From NCBI GenBank assembly GCA_012728165.1, contig JAAYFQ010000105.1:26120-90119 (forward strand): a DNA stretch of 64,000 bases, in the 5' to 3' direction. Shown here piece by piece: positions 39,384 through 49,765 of the stretch. The position numbers and the translations under genes were made by a program. How positions within the stretch are numbered: position 1 is the first letter of the stretch; each line of letters starts with the position of its first letter. The notes beneath the pieces are model-generated. The model saw only the letters and a program-made list of their open reading frames with translations, was not told the origin of the DNA and made no database searches. The stretch is from Synergistaceae bacterium. Its GTDB lineage: Bacteria; Synergistota; Synergistia; Synergistales; Synergistaceae.

Positions 39384-40259
39384 TTATTTCTTTAATATTT
39401 CTTCTAGTTTCTTCCATCTATATTTTACCGTACTTTTGCTAATTGGTCTTGATAATTTTTGGCCCAATTCACTTAAAGAGGCACTTGGATTTGTTTTTCT
39501 TACATCAATAAGTTCTTTTAATGAATCAGACAAGGATTCTATTAGACCATAACTTTCTAATTTTTTTATAACAAGAAGCTGATTTTGAGCCGCAGCAAGA
39601 CTTTTGTTTATATTTGCTGAATCACAATTAACAAGTTTATTTGCATGGCTTCTCATCATTCTGAATATAGCTGTTTCTTCTAAAGCAAGTGTTGTTTGTA
39701 CAAAACCAAGTCTTGAAAGGAAAGTGACGATGTGTTGTTGATTTCTTAAAATAAGCTCACGTGTTTTTAATTTTTTTCTCACGCTTACTGTAAAACCAAC
39801 AGACTTAAGTATACCTTGTAGCCTTTCTGGCGAGTTATTGCACTCAGGCAATCGTACAACAAGATAATATCCAGTTTTAGGAAGATATAGAGAACCGCAA
39901 CTCCCCCACACTCCTCTTATCCAATTCCAATTGCGAACTCGACGTCCAAACTTAGTACTTCTAATAATTATTTCATTCGCAATGGAGGCTTTTATGTTAA
40001 ATATTATTTTACCTCTTTGTTGTGTATTGCATATTTGTATTATTTCATGACTACCTGAACTTTTATTTTGATATTTAGATGCAGCTAAAAGATGTAATAA
40101 ACGTCGTATTGTAAAAAGCCTGTTACATGAGAATTTATAATACTTTCCTTCCGGTTTAAAGGTAAGACCGCTAATTATCCCTGCAATTTCATCTTCAACA
40201 GGTGAAACAAAGGGTAATCTCAGCCACTCATCCCACAAGATATGCTCAATTTGTTTCAT
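39384..40259 (-). CDS. whiA: DNA-binding protein WhiA (divergent)
   Basis: It follows rapZ-yvcK, which is canonical synteny. It has degenerate LAGLIDADG-like repeats (IRGVWGSCGSL) and a C-terminal HTH (SLSELGQKLSRPISKSTVKYR.KKL). Confidence 0.75.
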   Translation of the reverse strand: MKQIEHILWDEWLRLPFVSPVEDEIAGIISGLTFKPEGKYYKFSCNRLFTIRRLLHLLAASKYQNKSSGSHEIIQICNTQQRGKIIFNIKASIANEIIIRSTKFGRRVRNWNWIRGVWGSCGSLYLPKTGYYLVVRLPECNNSPERLQGILKSVGFTVSVRKKLKTRELILRNQQHIVTFLSRLGFVQTTLALEETAIFRMMRSHANKLVNCDSANINKSLAAAQNQLLVIKKLESYGLIESLSDSLKELIDVRKTNPSASLSELGQKLSRPISKSTVKYRWKKLEEILKK

Positions 40260-41382
40260 TTATTTTACCAATCCTAACTCTACTTTCCTCTGCTAGAGTT
40301 ATTATGCTATCTGTAAGATTATAAATGTCATGTCTAAGTAGCTTTTCATCCTTTATATATATAAAGTCACCATATATTACTTTTACACCAAGTGATTGAA
40401 GATACTTTTCTTCTTTGTCAGATAAATAAAGCGGGTCTGCCCCTATTTTACTATAAATATTTAAGTATTCTTCTGGGATAGGAGCTTGGTTGGCAATAAC
40501 ATAATCGGGGACAACACCTAAGACACCAGCAATCCAATCGATATGTGAAAGAATATTCATTCCTTCTGTCTCCTTTGGCTGTGTAACAAGATTAGCCACA
40601 TATACTAGAGGAACTGATGTATATCTTAATTGCGTTGCTAAATCCTTAAGCAAAAGATTAGGCAAGAGGCTAGTAAATAGACTTCCTGGGCCGAGTATAA
40701 TAATATCAGCCTCATCTATAGCTTTTTTTACACTTTCTAAAGGTTGTGCGTTAGAAGGCTCTAACCACAATTTAGAAAGTTTGCTTCCGTTATCGGATAT
40801 TTGTAATTCACCGCTTACCTTTTCACCATTGATTGTTTCACCTTTCAAAGTTACAGTTTCTGTTGTTACCGGAAGCACTTGGCCTCTTATCGCAAGCAGC
40901 TTGTTGAGTTCTTGAACAGCGCGTTGAAAATCTCCAACCATCTCTGTTGTGGCAAGTAATATTAGATTGCCTAAATTGTGTCCTTTAAGCTCTCCTCTAT
41001 CAAATCTAAAATTTAGCAAACTATTTAGAGAGTTGTCATTTTCAGCCAATGCTACAATACAATTTCGTATATCTCCTGGAGGCAGCATCCCCCATTCTTG
41101 ACGAAGTCGCCCAGAGCTGCCACCCTCGTCTGTTACAGCAACAACAGCCGTTATATTCCGAGTATAACCTTTTAATCCCGATAAAAGTGTTGAAAGCCCA
41201 GTTCCGCCACCAATGGCAACTATTTTAGGTCCTAAAGAAAGACGATAATCTTCATTATTAATTTTAGTAAAATGACGTGGAGAGATATTCATTAGAATAG
41301 TATGCTTGCCTGTATAGAGTAAATAAGCAGTTAAAACGATGATAATAATCGCCATAAAAATAATATATACTGAGGAGCTCAC
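40246..41382 (-). CDS. yvcK: YvcK/CofD-family gluconeogenesis/cell-shape factor with N-terminal TM helix
   Basis: IGGGTGLS.LL.GLK, DDGGSSG.LR and GP.GD.RN motifs. Confidence 0.88.
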   Translation of the reverse strand: MSSSVYIIFMAIIIIVLTAYLLYTGKHTILMNISPRHFTKINNEDYRLSLGPKIVAIGGGTGLSTLLSGLKGYTRNITAVVAVTDEGGSSGRLRQEWGMLPPGDIRNCIVALAENDNSLNSLLNFRFDRGELKGHNLGNLILLATTEMVGDFQRAVQELNKLLAIRGQVLPVTTETVTLKGETINGEKVSGELQISDNGSKLSKLWLEPSNAQPLESVKKAIDEADIIILGPGSLFTSLLPNLLLKDLATQLRYTSVPLVYVANLVTQPKETEGMNILSHIDWIAGVLGVVPDYVIANQAPIPEEYLNIYSKIGADPLYLSDKEEKYLQSLGVKVIYGDFIYIKDEKLLRHDIYNLTDSIITLAEESRVRIGKINETN

Positions 41383-42284
41383 TAGAGATTCCCCTTGGTA
41401 ATATCTCTGTGTTCAATTATAATTTTGTCCCCGCTTTTTTGCATTCTCGATGCTAGAATTTCGGTAACGGCAACAGAACGATGACGTCCACCTGTACATC
41501 CTATCGCTATATGCAACTGTTTTTTTCCAGTGTTGCTATAAACAGATGCAACAAAACTAAGCATATTCTTTGCTTTTACAATAAATTTTTCAAGGGAATC
41601 AAAATTATTTAAAAATTCACGGACAGGCTTGTCTTTCCCTGTTAGCTGCTGCAATTCGTCTACGTAATTCGGATTATGTAAAAAACGGACATCAAGAATG
41701 TAGTCCGAATCCTGCGGAAGACCGTACTTAAATCCAAATGAACTTATAACTATCACAGGCTTATCAGAAGTCATTTCCATGCTATCCAAAAGTTTTTTCT
41801 TAAAATCAGGTAAATTTAATCCAGATGTATCAATTATAATATCAGCCTGATGGCGAATGACATTCAACTGCACTCTTTCTTTTCCTATACCACCAAGAAT
41901 TGTAGTTCCCGTTGCTAATGGGTGGCGGCGTCTGGTAGTTTCAAACCTTCTAACAAGGCAGTTGTCAGACGCATCAACAAAAAGAATCTCAAGTTCATCA
42001 ATTTTTTCTTTCAGACAAGCAAGTACTTGTTCGAATTCTCCTAGAAGCTCTTCTCCACGCACATCAACCACAGCAGCAACTCCATTGTTGATTGCTGATT
42101 GACGTGTAGCCAGAACATCGAGAAGCTGTGGTAAAAGAGTTAAAGGCAAATTGTCTATAACGTAAAATCCTTGATCTTCAAATATGTTAAGAGCGGAAGA
42201 CTTACCTGCACCGGACATTCCTGTTATTATTACAAAACGTTTTATTTTATTATTATTATTATTATTATTTAAAATATTTTGCAT
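41382..42284 (-). CDS. rapZ: RNase adapter / nucleotide-binding protein RapZ (YvcJ)
   Basis: Walker A GMSGAGKS, FVDA.D..L..R, and C-terminal IGCTGG.HRSV. An N-terminal Asn7 tract precedes the P-loop. Confidence 0.9.
   Translation of the reverse strand: MQNILNNNNNNNKIKRFVIITGMSGAGKSSALNIFEDQGFYVIDNLPLTLLPQLLDVLATRQSAINNGVAAVVDVRGEELLGEFEQVLACLKEKIDELEILFVDASDNCLVRRFETTRRRHPLATGTTILGGIGKERVQLNVIRHQADIIIDTSGLNLPDFKKKLLDSMEMTSDKPVIVISSFGFKYGLPQDSDYILDVRFLHNPNYVDELQQLTGKDKPVREFLNNFDSLEKFIVKAKNMLSFVASVYSNTGKKQLHIAIGCTGGRHRSVAVTEILASRMQKSGDKIIIEHRDITKGNL
42249..42269 (-). repeat. (AAT)7 trinucleotide repeat encoding Asn7 at the RapZ N-terminus
   Basis: The + strand has seven perfect, in-frame ATT units. 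Confidence 0.95.
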
Positions 42285-42440
42285 TGAGGCACACGTTCCT
42301 CTCTATAATAAACTGTAAAATATAATTGGTAAATATGTGTTAACTGTAGTTGTTTTGTTAAGTATAACAGTTTATTTATAATACTCAATAATATAATTTA
42401 GGGCAGTTTGGTCACAGCTATTGTATATTTTATATCAAAA

Positions 42441-43511
42441 TCAACTTATAAACATAGAGTCTCCGAATGAAAAAAATCTATATCCTTTATTAACTGCTTC
42501 TCTATAAGCAGACATAATATTGTCGTAACCGCCGAACGCAGAAACAAGCATGAGCAGCGTGCTCTTTGGAAGATGAAAATTAGTAATTAAACCATCAATA
42601 ACTTTATATTCATACCCAGGAGAAATAAAAAGTTGTGTGTCTAATGTGCCGGAAGTAACTGAACCAAATTCTTTTGCAAACGACTCAAGAGTGCGCGCTA
42701 CTGTTGTTCCAACTGCAATAACTCGACGTCCATCTTTCTTTGCTTTGATAATTAGGTCTGCAGCGTTCTGTGAAACTTCACACAATTCACTATGCATAAT
42801 GTGTTTAGAAATATTTTCAACTTTCACAGGCCTAAACGTACCAAGACCAACTTGAAGAGTTACAAACGTTTTATCTATTCCTTTTTCTAATAGTTTATTA
42901 AGTAATTCTTCCGTGAAGTGAAGACCTGCCGTGGGAGATGCTACTGAATTTTCTTTTTCTATATTTGAATATATGGTTTGATATTGCTCTGGGTTGGAAT
43001 GAGTTTCTGTTATGTAGTGCGGTAAGGGCATTTGACCAAGTTTGTGTATCACCGAAAGAGGATCATCAGTTTTATCAAAGAATATGTTTCTTAATCCGTC
43101 TTCGAGTTTTTCTCCAACAAGTATTTCCGTTCCATCCAATAAGGTTACAAGTGTCCCTGGCGGCAACTTTTTGCCTGGTTTTACCAGCGCAATCCAACTT
43201 TTGTTTAAATTATTACGATCGGGGTGTAAAAAAAGTATTTCAATACAAGCCCCACCAAATTTCTTTTTGCCGCTTACACGTGCTGGAATAACCCTTGTAT
43301 TATTGAGAACAAGAAGATCACCTGTAAATAGGTATTCAGTTATGTTTTTGAATATTTTATGTTCAAATGGTTTGCTACCATCTCTGCTGACAACAAGAAG
43401 ACGGGATGAATCTCTTGGTTTAACTGGATCTTGCGCTATTAGGTTTTTGGGAAGTTCGTAATTATATGAAGACGTTTTTGTTAAATCAATATTGTTTTTA
43501 TTGTTAAACAT
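42441..43511 (-). CDS. queA: S-adenosylmethionine:tRNA ribosyltransferase-isomerase
   Basis: Y.Y.LP..LIAQ.P...RD.SRLL, PLPHYI, SVA.PTAGLHFT, and VGTT..R.LES. The start was set at GAGGA, 8 nt, ATG. Confidence 0.92.
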   Translation of the reverse strand: MFNNKNNIDLTKTSSYNYELPKNLIAQDPVKPRDSSRLLVVSRDGSKPFEHKIFKNITEYLFTGDLLVLNNTRVIPARVSGKKKFGGACIEILFLHPDRNNLNKSWIALVKPGKKLPPGTLVTLLDGTEILVGEKLEDGLRNIFFDKTDDPLSVIHKLGQMPLPHYITETHSNPEQYQTIYSNIEKENSVASPTAGLHFTEELLNKLLEKGIDKTFVTLQVGLGTFRPVKVENISKHIMHSELCEVSQNAADLIIKAKKDGRRVIAVGTTVARTLESFAKEFGSVTSGTLDTQLFISPGYEYKVIDGLITNFHLPKSTLLMLVSAFGGYDNIMSAYREAVNKGYRFFSFGDSMFIS

Positions 43512-43848
43512 AAGATAATTCCTCACTAACACACATTATAATGTTGCGGTAAAAAAGACTATAAAACTATTACTCTGTGTTAAATATTACAAAAAATAAT
43601 GGGGACAATCTAAAATTAAAGAATATAAATTATGCTTAAATAATATGTTTAAATATTTTTAAAATTAGGCTAAAGAAAGTTGTTGCTGTGTTGATTATAA
43701 AAACTAAGCCGGAAAAAGTTTCTATTTCATCTAAAATATATAAGGTTACAGAGTAAAATTAAATTAAGTTATTCTATATACAGAAATAACAAAATCCATC
43801 ATAAACATATAATTCGAACAGTTTAATTTTTTCCGCAAGAAGTTGTTA

Positions 43849-44910
43849 TCACAAGTCTTCTTCAGTTAAAAGTTGTGTCTGACTGTTTTGTAAAAAATAT
43901 TGTGATACTGGTATACATAGATACTCCCAAGTACCTCTTGTTGCCTTTCTTCCTCTTGGCGTTCGTTCCAAAAGGCCTTTTTGTATAAGGTAAGGTTCAT
44001 ATATGTCTTCTATGGTTTGAGCGTCTTCATTAAGAGCTGCTGCAAGTGTTGAAAGACCAACAGGTCCTCCTTCAAATAATTCAACTAAAGCTTTTAAAAA
44101 CTTTCTATCCCCCTCATCAAGTCCTTCTGAATCTACACCAAGCATGTCTAGTGCATATCGTGCAAGGTCTGGTTCAACTTTTCCTACTCTTTTGACCTCT
44201 GCTACATCACGGACTCGTCTTAAAAGTCTTAGTGCGACTCTTGGTGTGCCCCTAGATCTAATGCCTATTTCAACAGCAGCTTCGTCTAAAATCTTAACAC
44301 CAAGAACAGCTGCTCCACGTTTTACTATATCTGTTAACTCATCAGGTGAATATAAACGAAGTTGTTCGACAATGCCAAATCTTGCTCTTAATGGAGATGT
44401 TAAGAGACCTAACCTTGTAGTCGCACCTATAAGTGTAAACCTTGGAAGAGAAAGCCTGATACTTCTTGCAAGTGGTCCTTTGCCAACAATTATCGACAAA
44501 GCAAAGTCTTCCATTGCAGAATAGAGTATTTCTTCAATATTTGCAGACATGCGATGTATTTCATCAATAAATAGAACGTCATTAGGTTGGATATTAGACA
44601 ATATGGCTGCGAGATCACCCGCTCGTTCCAATGCCGGCCCTGTAGTTACACGTAAATTGCCCTTCATTTCTTTGGCTATTATTCCAGCAAGTGTGGTTTT
44701 TCCTAGCCCAGGAGGTCCATAAAAAAGTGTATGGTCAAGAGGTTCTTCTCTTAGGACAGATGCTTCCATATATATTTTAAGTTTATCTTTAAGACCTGTT
44801 TGCCCTATAAAGTCACCAAGAGACTGAGGCCTTATTGTAAAAGATTCTTCCTCTTTTTCTTGACGCATAGTTTCAATAAGTTTTTTATTCTGCGGATTGT
44901 CTTCAATCAT
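43849..44910 (-). CDS. ruvB: Holliday junction branch migration ATPase RuvB
   Basis: RP....DFIGQ, Walker [10 protein letters not shown], Walker B FIDEIHR, and GATTR.G.L..PLR.RFG. Confidence 0.95.
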   Translation of the reverse strand: MIEDNPQNKKLIETMRQEKEEESFTIRPQSLGDFIGQTGLKDKLKIYMEASVLREEPLDHTLFYGPPGLGKTTLAGIIAKEMKGNLRVTTGPALERAGDLAAILSNIQPNDVLFIDEIHRMSANIEEILYSAMEDFALSIIVGKGPLARSIRLSLPRFTLIGATTRLGLLTSPLRARFGIVEQLRLYSPDELTDIVKRGAAVLGVKILDEAAVEIGIRSRGTPRVALRLLRRVRDVAEVKRVGKVEPDLARYALDMLGVDSEGLDEGDRKFLKALVELFEGGPVGLSTLAAALNEDAQTIEDIYEPYLIQKGLLERTPRGRKATRGTWEYLCIPVSQYFLQNSQTQLLTEEDL

Positions 44911-44938
44911 AATTTACCCTCTACGTTTTCTATTATTA

Positions 44939-45547
44939 CTAACGTTGTAGTATTGATAGTGACGCTTTTAGAAGTTTTTCTTCTGTCCAATCAATATCAT
45001 TTTCAGAAGCAGCCTTAGCTAAAGAAACAGCCCTCATTGATTCGCTAAGGGTAAAACCTAGGCCTGTTAGAGCATCCATAACAAATTTATCTAATGAAAA
45101 ATTGCTCTGAGCTACGCCGGTATTTCCGCTTAAATCTATATCAGGAAACTTCTTTGCTATTTTTGGTTTTAGCTCAAAACAAATCCTTTCAGTACGTTTT
45201 GTCCCAAGTCCTGGAATAGACAAAACAGTTGTGTTCCCAAGGGTTATAGCTTTGAGTATGTCTTCCGCATCTAAGTGTCTTAAGATTGTGATTGCCAGTT
45301 TTCCACCAACAGTCTTGACTTTAACCAATTCTTCAAAGAGATCGCGTTCTCTTTCCGAAAAAAATCCAAACATAGAAACTCCTGCAGCGCTTACTTGGAA
45401 ATATGTGTAACAAAAGAGGTCATCTCCTATGGTAACTGATCTAATAAGAGAACCTGTCGCTAAAACTTTAATACCAAAACCAGCGACATCTAAAATTATT
45501 GCATCGTTGGTAACGGAAATAACTTTACCCTGCAAAGTTTCTATCAT
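44939..45547 (-). CDS. ruvA: Holliday junction DNA helicase subunit RuvA
   Basis: MIE.L.G N-terminus, an OB domain, HhH motifs (VGGK.A; IPG.G.K.AERI) and C-terminal domain III. Confidence 0.9.
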   Translation of the reverse strand: MIETLQGKVISVTNDAIILDVAGFGIKVLATGSLIRSVTIGDDLFCYTYFQVSAAGVSMFGFFSERERDLFEELVKVKTVGGKLAITILRHLDAEDILKAITLGNTTVLSIPGLGTKRTERICFELKPKIAKKFPDIDLSGNTGVAQSNFSLDKFVMDALTGLGFTLSESMRAVSLAKAASENDIDWTEEKLLKASLSILQR

Positions 45548-45549
45548 AA

Positions 45550-46050
45550 TTAATACCCCTTTGCTATATTAACATCATAAGCTCTCATAGAAAGTCCTGC
45601 TATCGCAATAGCAAGAGCATCAGCAGCATCATCAGGAGTTGGTCTCTTAGATAGTCCCAAAATATTAGCAACCATTCCTTGAACCTGACACTTCTCGGCT
45701 GCTCCATAACCACAAACTGCTAATTTCACATCACAAGGTTTTAGCTCATAGGGTTCTTTATCTAATTGAGCAGCTAAAAGAAGTATTACGCCTCTTGCCT
45801 GCCAAACCATCTCTGCTGTAGTAACATTCCGTCCAAAAAACAGTTTTTCTACTGCGATTATGTCAGGATTATATTCTTCAGCTTTCTGCTTTAGTTCACT
45901 ATGTAACATATATAGTCTTTGAGTTAAAGATAAATCTTTTGGCGTTTTTATTACTCCGTAACATTCACATGTAAGTTTATCACCGGATTGTAACACTACT
46001 CCGTATCCTAGAGTTCCGAGTCCGGGGTCAATTCCTAACGCTCTTACCAT
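45550..46050 (-). CDS. ruvC: Crossover junction endodeoxyribonuclease RuvC
   Basis: GIDPG....G.G N-terminus and DAADALA.A near the C-terminus. The ORF-track extension to 46143 overlaps yebC, so the start was set at MVRALGIDPG. Confidence 0.9.
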   Translation of the reverse strand: MVRALGIDPGLGTLGYGVVLQSGDKLTCECYGVIKTPKDLSLTQRLYMLHSELKQKAEEYNPDIIAVEKLFFGRNVTTAEMVWQARGVILLLAAQLDKEPYELKPCDVKLAVCGYGAAEKCQVQGMVANILGLSKRPTPDDAADALAIAIAGLSMRAYDVNIAKGY

Positions 46051-46066
46051 ATTTTGTTCTTTATAG

Positions 46067-46813
46067 TTATTCAATTTCCGCCAATATTTCATCCGGGATG
46101 TCAAAGTTTGCATAAACTGCTTGAACATCCTCATTTTCTTCAAATCTTTCTATAAGTGAAATCATTTTTTCTGCTTCAAGTTTGCTGGTAACAGCAATAG
46201 TGTTTTGTGGTATCATTTCAATTTCCATAGATTCAATATTATAACCAGCCTCTTTTACTGCCTGTCCAACGTTTGAAAGTAAAGCAGGGTCACAAATAAT
46301 CTCAAAATCTCCATCTTCTGACGACATGTCTTCAGCACCTGCTTCAATAGCAATGATCATAAGCTCGTCTTCATCAATTCCATCTCCGGTTACAAGCAAT
46401 ACTCCTTTACGATCAAAACTCCATGCGACACATCCAAGCTCTCCTATTGACCCACCACATTTTGTAAACAATAATCTCATTTCGGAAGCTGTTCTATTCC
46501 TATTGTCAGTCATAGCCTGAACCATCACAGCAACACCATTAGGTCCGTAGCCTTCATAAACAATTTCTTCCATCGGTCCGTCAAGATCTCCTGTAGCACG
46601 TTTAATCCCACGTTCAATATTATCTATGGGAACATTACCAGCTTTTGCTCTATCAATAGCAACCTTCAACCTGAAATTAGTGTTAGGATCACTGCCGCCA
46701 TCTTTTGCTGCGGAAATTATATTTTTTACAAGCTTCTGAAATGCGACACCTTTCTTAGCGTCCTGACCAGCCTTACGATGCTTTATGTTTGCCCATTTTG
46801 AATGTCCTGCCAA
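46067..46813 (-). CDS. yebC: YebC/PmpR-family probable transcriptional regulator
   Basis: AGHSKWANIKHRK signature. The start was placed at the TTG 8 nt after GGAG, which gives the canonical MAGHSKW N-terminus. Confidence 0.9.
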   Translation of the reverse strand: MAGHSKWANIKHRKAGQDAKKGVAFQKLVKNIISAAKDGGSDPNTNFRLKVAIDRAKAGNVPIDNIERGIKRATGDLDGPMEEIVYEGYGPNGVAVMVQAMTDNRNRTASEMRLLFTKCGGSIGELGCVAWSFDRKGVLLVTGDGIDEDELMIIAIEAGAEDMSSEDGDFEIICDPALLSNVGQAVKEAGYNIESMEIEMIPQNTIAVTSKLEAEKMISLIERFEENEDVQAVYANFDIPDEILAEIE

Positions 46814-46831
46814 AAAAATCACTCCATATTT

Positions 46832-47611
46832 TTATATTTTCATACCATTGATCTCGTCTGGAATTTCTGCTATTACAGGAAAATTTCTTTTATGTTTTGA
46901 ATTTTTAATAGCTTTTTCTATTTTGATTTTATTTCTAGTAGATGCTTCTCCGTTAAAAAGATAATTATCTAGTTCTTTGTAGGTCAAGCCCATTTCTTTT
47001 TCGTCTGTCTGACCTTCCCAAAGTCCCGCAGTCGGGACTCTTTCTATTAACTCTTGCGGAACTCCTATATAAGTTGCCAATGCTTTTACCTCACCTTTTA
47101 GTAAGTTTGCAAGAGGCAGAACATCAACTCCTGAGTCTCCATGTTTAGTAAAGTAGCCATACATCATTTCATCTTTGTTTGTAGCACCGCAAACTATATA
47201 GCCTAATTGCTGAGCTATTGCATAAAGAGCAACCATTCTTAAACGAGGCTTTATATTGGCTGCAGGCAAATTATCAATTCTGCCTATAGCTTTTTTTACA
47301 ACAGTAAACATTTCATCATAAGATTTAGAAAGATCGACTTTTTTAGTTTTAAATTTAAACTTTTGTGCTACAAGCAACGCGTATTGTTCATCTACGGGAT
47401 TACTGTGGCACGGCATTATAACTCCAACTATATTTTCCGGCCCTAGAGTTTGCGCTAAAAGACCAGCGAGCAAGGAGGAATCAACTCCACCGCTTATTCC
47501 CAAAACAGCTCCTTTAATTTGAAACGAAGAAAAATAATTTATAATCCATTTTTCTAAATAATTATATATTTTTTTAGGGTCTCTATAAATTGACAACTCA
47601 TATGCCTCCAC
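46832..47611 (-). CDS. nadE: NH3-dependent NAD+ synthetase
   Basis: PP-loop motif (LGISGGVDSS) and NAD synthase C-terminal motifs. GTG start. Confidence 0.88.
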   Translation of the reverse strand: MEAYELSIYRDPKKIYNYLEKWIINYFSSFQIKGAVLGISGGVDSSLLAGLLAQTLGPENIVGVIMPCHSNPVDEQYALLVAQKFKFKTKKVDLSKSYDEMFTVVKKAIGRIDNLPAANIKPRLRMVALYAIAQQLGYIVCGATNKDEMMYGYFTKHGDSGVDVLPLANLLKGEVKALATYIGVPQELIERVPTAGLWEGQTDEKEMGLTYKELDNYLFNGEASTRNKIKIEKAIKNSKHKRNFPVIAEIPDEINGMKI

Positions 47612-47730
47612 TCATGTGACAACTAAGACTCTTTACATTTTATCACACATAGGCTTGTTTAATACGCTACTCACTACCTAAAGCTAAATCAAATTGTTTA
47701 GAATTTTCAAATAATCGTTTATTTTCTAGT

Positions 47731-48684
47731 TTACAAATTTCCTATGCTTGTCACAATTACTGCTTTAATAGTGTGCATACGATTTTCAGCCTGGTCAAAT
47801 TGTTTTGCAAATTCCGACTCAAAGACTTCTTCTGTTACTTCATAGCCCTTTACAGCAGGAAGGCAATGTAAAAATATCACATTCTGATTTTTTGAGGCAT
47901 CAATCAGATGCATATTCACCTGATATGAGTTGAGCATTTTTTTGCGTTCAGACATTATTGCTTCCTCTCCCATTGAGGCCCAGACGTCTGTATAAATGAC
48001 ATCTGCGTTTTTAACTGCTTCAATAGGATTATCTGTAATCTCTATCTTGGCTCCAGATTTATGTTCATCTGCAATTTCATTACACTCTTTGACAAATAAT
48101 GAATCGGGAAAAAGCGATTTTGGTGCACCTATTACAAAGTGCATTCCCATTTTTGCAGCGCCAATCATAAGAGAATTTGCAACATTATTTCTCCCATCGC
48201 CAACATAAACAAATTTTATTTCTTTTAAACGACCAAAATTTTCTCGAACAGTTAGAAAATCTGCAAGGACTTGCGTGGGATGGTAATCATCTGTAAGTCC
48301 ATTCCAAACTGGTACTCCGGCATACTTTGCAAGATCCTCAACAACTTGATGGCCGAATCCTCTAAACTGGATACCATCAAACATTCTTCCAAGTACTCTT
48401 GCTGTATCTTTTACATCTTCCTTGTGTCCGAGCTGTATATCATTTTTTCCTAAGTACTCGGGATGTCCTCCTTCGTCCACTACTGCAACAGTAAAAGCAC
48501 AACGTGTTCGCGTTGAAGGTTTTTCAAAAATCAAAGCAACATTTTTACCGGATAGAATGTTCCCGCGAATGCCTGATTTTTTTTTATTTTTTAAATCAGT
48601 TGCGATATTAAGAAGATAATCTATTTCTTGAGGTGAGTGATGCTTGAGCGTTAAAAGGTGCCGGTTATGAAGATTGATTGGCAT
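47731..48684 (-). CDS. argF: Ornithine carbamoyltransferase
   Basis: STRTR carbamoyl-phosphate motif, HPTQ, DVWASMG and HCLPA motifs. Confidence 0.85.
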   Translation of the reverse strand: MPINLHNRHLLTLKHHSPQEIDYLLNIATDLKNKKKSGIRGNILSGKNVALIFEKPSTRTRCAFTVAVVDEGGHPEYLGKNDIQLGHKEDVKDTARVLGRMFDGIQFRGFGHQVVEDLAKYAGVPVWNGLTDDYHPTQVLADFLTVRENFGRLKEIKFVYVGDGRNNVANSLMIGAAKMGMHFVIGAPKSLFPDSLFVKECNEIADEHKSGAKIEITDNPIEAVKNADVIYTDVWASMGEEAIMSERKKMLNSYQVNMHLIDASKNQNVIFLHCLPAVKGYEVTEEVFESEFAKQFDQAENRMHTIKAVIVTSIGNL

Positions 48685-48707
48685 TGTATTATACTCCTCC
48701 CATGATT

Positions 48708-49754
48708 CTATATTTCCAAAATAATTCTTTTTAATTTCTCTGGAAGTTCATCTATCTTCCCCGAACAGATACGCACTCCCTTTTTAAACATTACAAAACC
48801 ATAAGGTGTTCCTGCTATCCCAATATCAGCTTCTGAGGCTTCTCTAGGTCCATTAACTTCACAACCCATGACAGCTATCGTTAGTCCATCAGGTAAATTT
48901 TCGGGTAAAAGGTTTTTAACCATTCGCGTTAGTTTTTCAACATCGACTCTTTTGCGTCCACAGGTCGGACAACTGATTAAATTATAACCACGCTGTCTTA
49001 GTTCTAATGTTCTAAGAATATGATATGCGGTTTTTACTTCTTCAACTCCTGGAGCTGTAAGACTTACTCTTATAGTATCGCCAATTCCTTGTGAAAGTAT
49101 AATCCCAATGCCAATGGAGCTCTTTACAATTCCTGATATTCCACTTCCAGCTTCTGTAATGCCAATATGAATAGGGTATGTATATTTTTGCGATAACAAT
49201 GCATTGGCACGCAAAGTTTCGCAAACATTACTGGATTTAGCTGATATTATAATATTATCAAAGTTTTCATTTAGTAGAAGTTCTAACTGCTCTTCCACTG
49301 CATTAAAAAGAGCTAAAGATCTGTCGTTCCCTGCTTCTAGAATTTGTTTATTATTGAGGGAGCCACCGTTTGCTCCTATACGTATAACAGAATCTGTTCT
49401 TTTGGCTAAGTCAACTATTTTTTTAATGCCATTTGAATCACTCATATTTCCAGGGTTGATTCTTATGGCTCGACAACCTAATTCAAGAGCAGCAACAGCA
49501 AGATTATGATCAAAATGTATATCAGCCATTATTTTTAATTTAGAAAATTTTATTAACTTTTCAAAATTATCAGATAATGATGTATCTGGAAAAGCAACTC
49601 TAATCAATTCGCAGCCATTTTGATAGAGAATTTCTGATTCAAGGATGCAAGAATCCAAATCACTTAGGGCAGCTTTCAGCATGCTCTCAACTCTAATTGG
49701 AAGATTACCACCTATTTTTAATCCATCAATGTTAACTACTTTTCTGCTACACAT
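48708..49754 (-). CDS. ispG: 4-hydroxy-3-methylbut-2-en-1-yl diphosphate synthase
   Basis: GcpE TIM-barrel region (RINPGN) and a C-terminal 4Fe-4S domain (SCPTCGR ... GC.VNGP.EA). Confidence 0.92.
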   Translation of the reverse strand: MCSRKVVNIDGLKIGGNLPIRVESMLKAALSDLDSCILESEILYQNGCELIRVAFPDTSLSDNFEKLIKFSKLKIMADIHFDHNLAVAALELGCRAIRINPGNMSDSNGIKKIVDLAKRTDSVIRIGANGGSLNNKQILEAGNDRSLALFNAVEEQLELLLNENFDNIIISAKSSNVCETLRANALLSQKYTYPIHIGITEAGSGISGIVKSSIGIGIILSQGIGDTIRVSLTAPGVEEVKTAYHILRTLELRQRGYNLISCPTCGRKRVDVEKLTRMVKNLLPENLPDGLTIAVMGCEVNGPREASEADIGIAGTPYGFVMFKKGVRICSGKIDELPEKLKRIILEI

Positions 49755-49765
49755 TTTTCTAGCAC

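Noticed and set aside
43815-43828. CGAAC-containing half-sites resembling LexA (Cheo) boxes near ruvB/queA, and at 18453-18466 upstream of tldD.
   Set aside because: The second half-site (GTTC at the correct 4-nt spacing) is missing in both cases. They are not palindromic.
43533-43848. A 316-nt non-coding gap between ruvB and queA, examined for an sRNA, riboswitch (such as preQ1), promoter or terminator.
   Set aside because: I could not find a convincing stem-loop, aptamer core or consensus promoter. There is only a possible TATAAT near 43538-43543 for queA. It may still hold an sRNA, but the sequence alone gives no support.
46051-46143. N-terminal extensions in the ORF track. Examples are ruvC extended 31 codons into yebC, and extensions for ribBA, ribH, ftsK, dxs, nadK, nadD, queA, rseP, cdsA, uppS, yacL, ispDF and the GDE gene.
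   Set aside because: Internal start codons with a properly spaced SD reproduce the canonical family N-termini (for example MVRALGIDPG for RuvC). The extensions overlap upstream genes and lack an SD.
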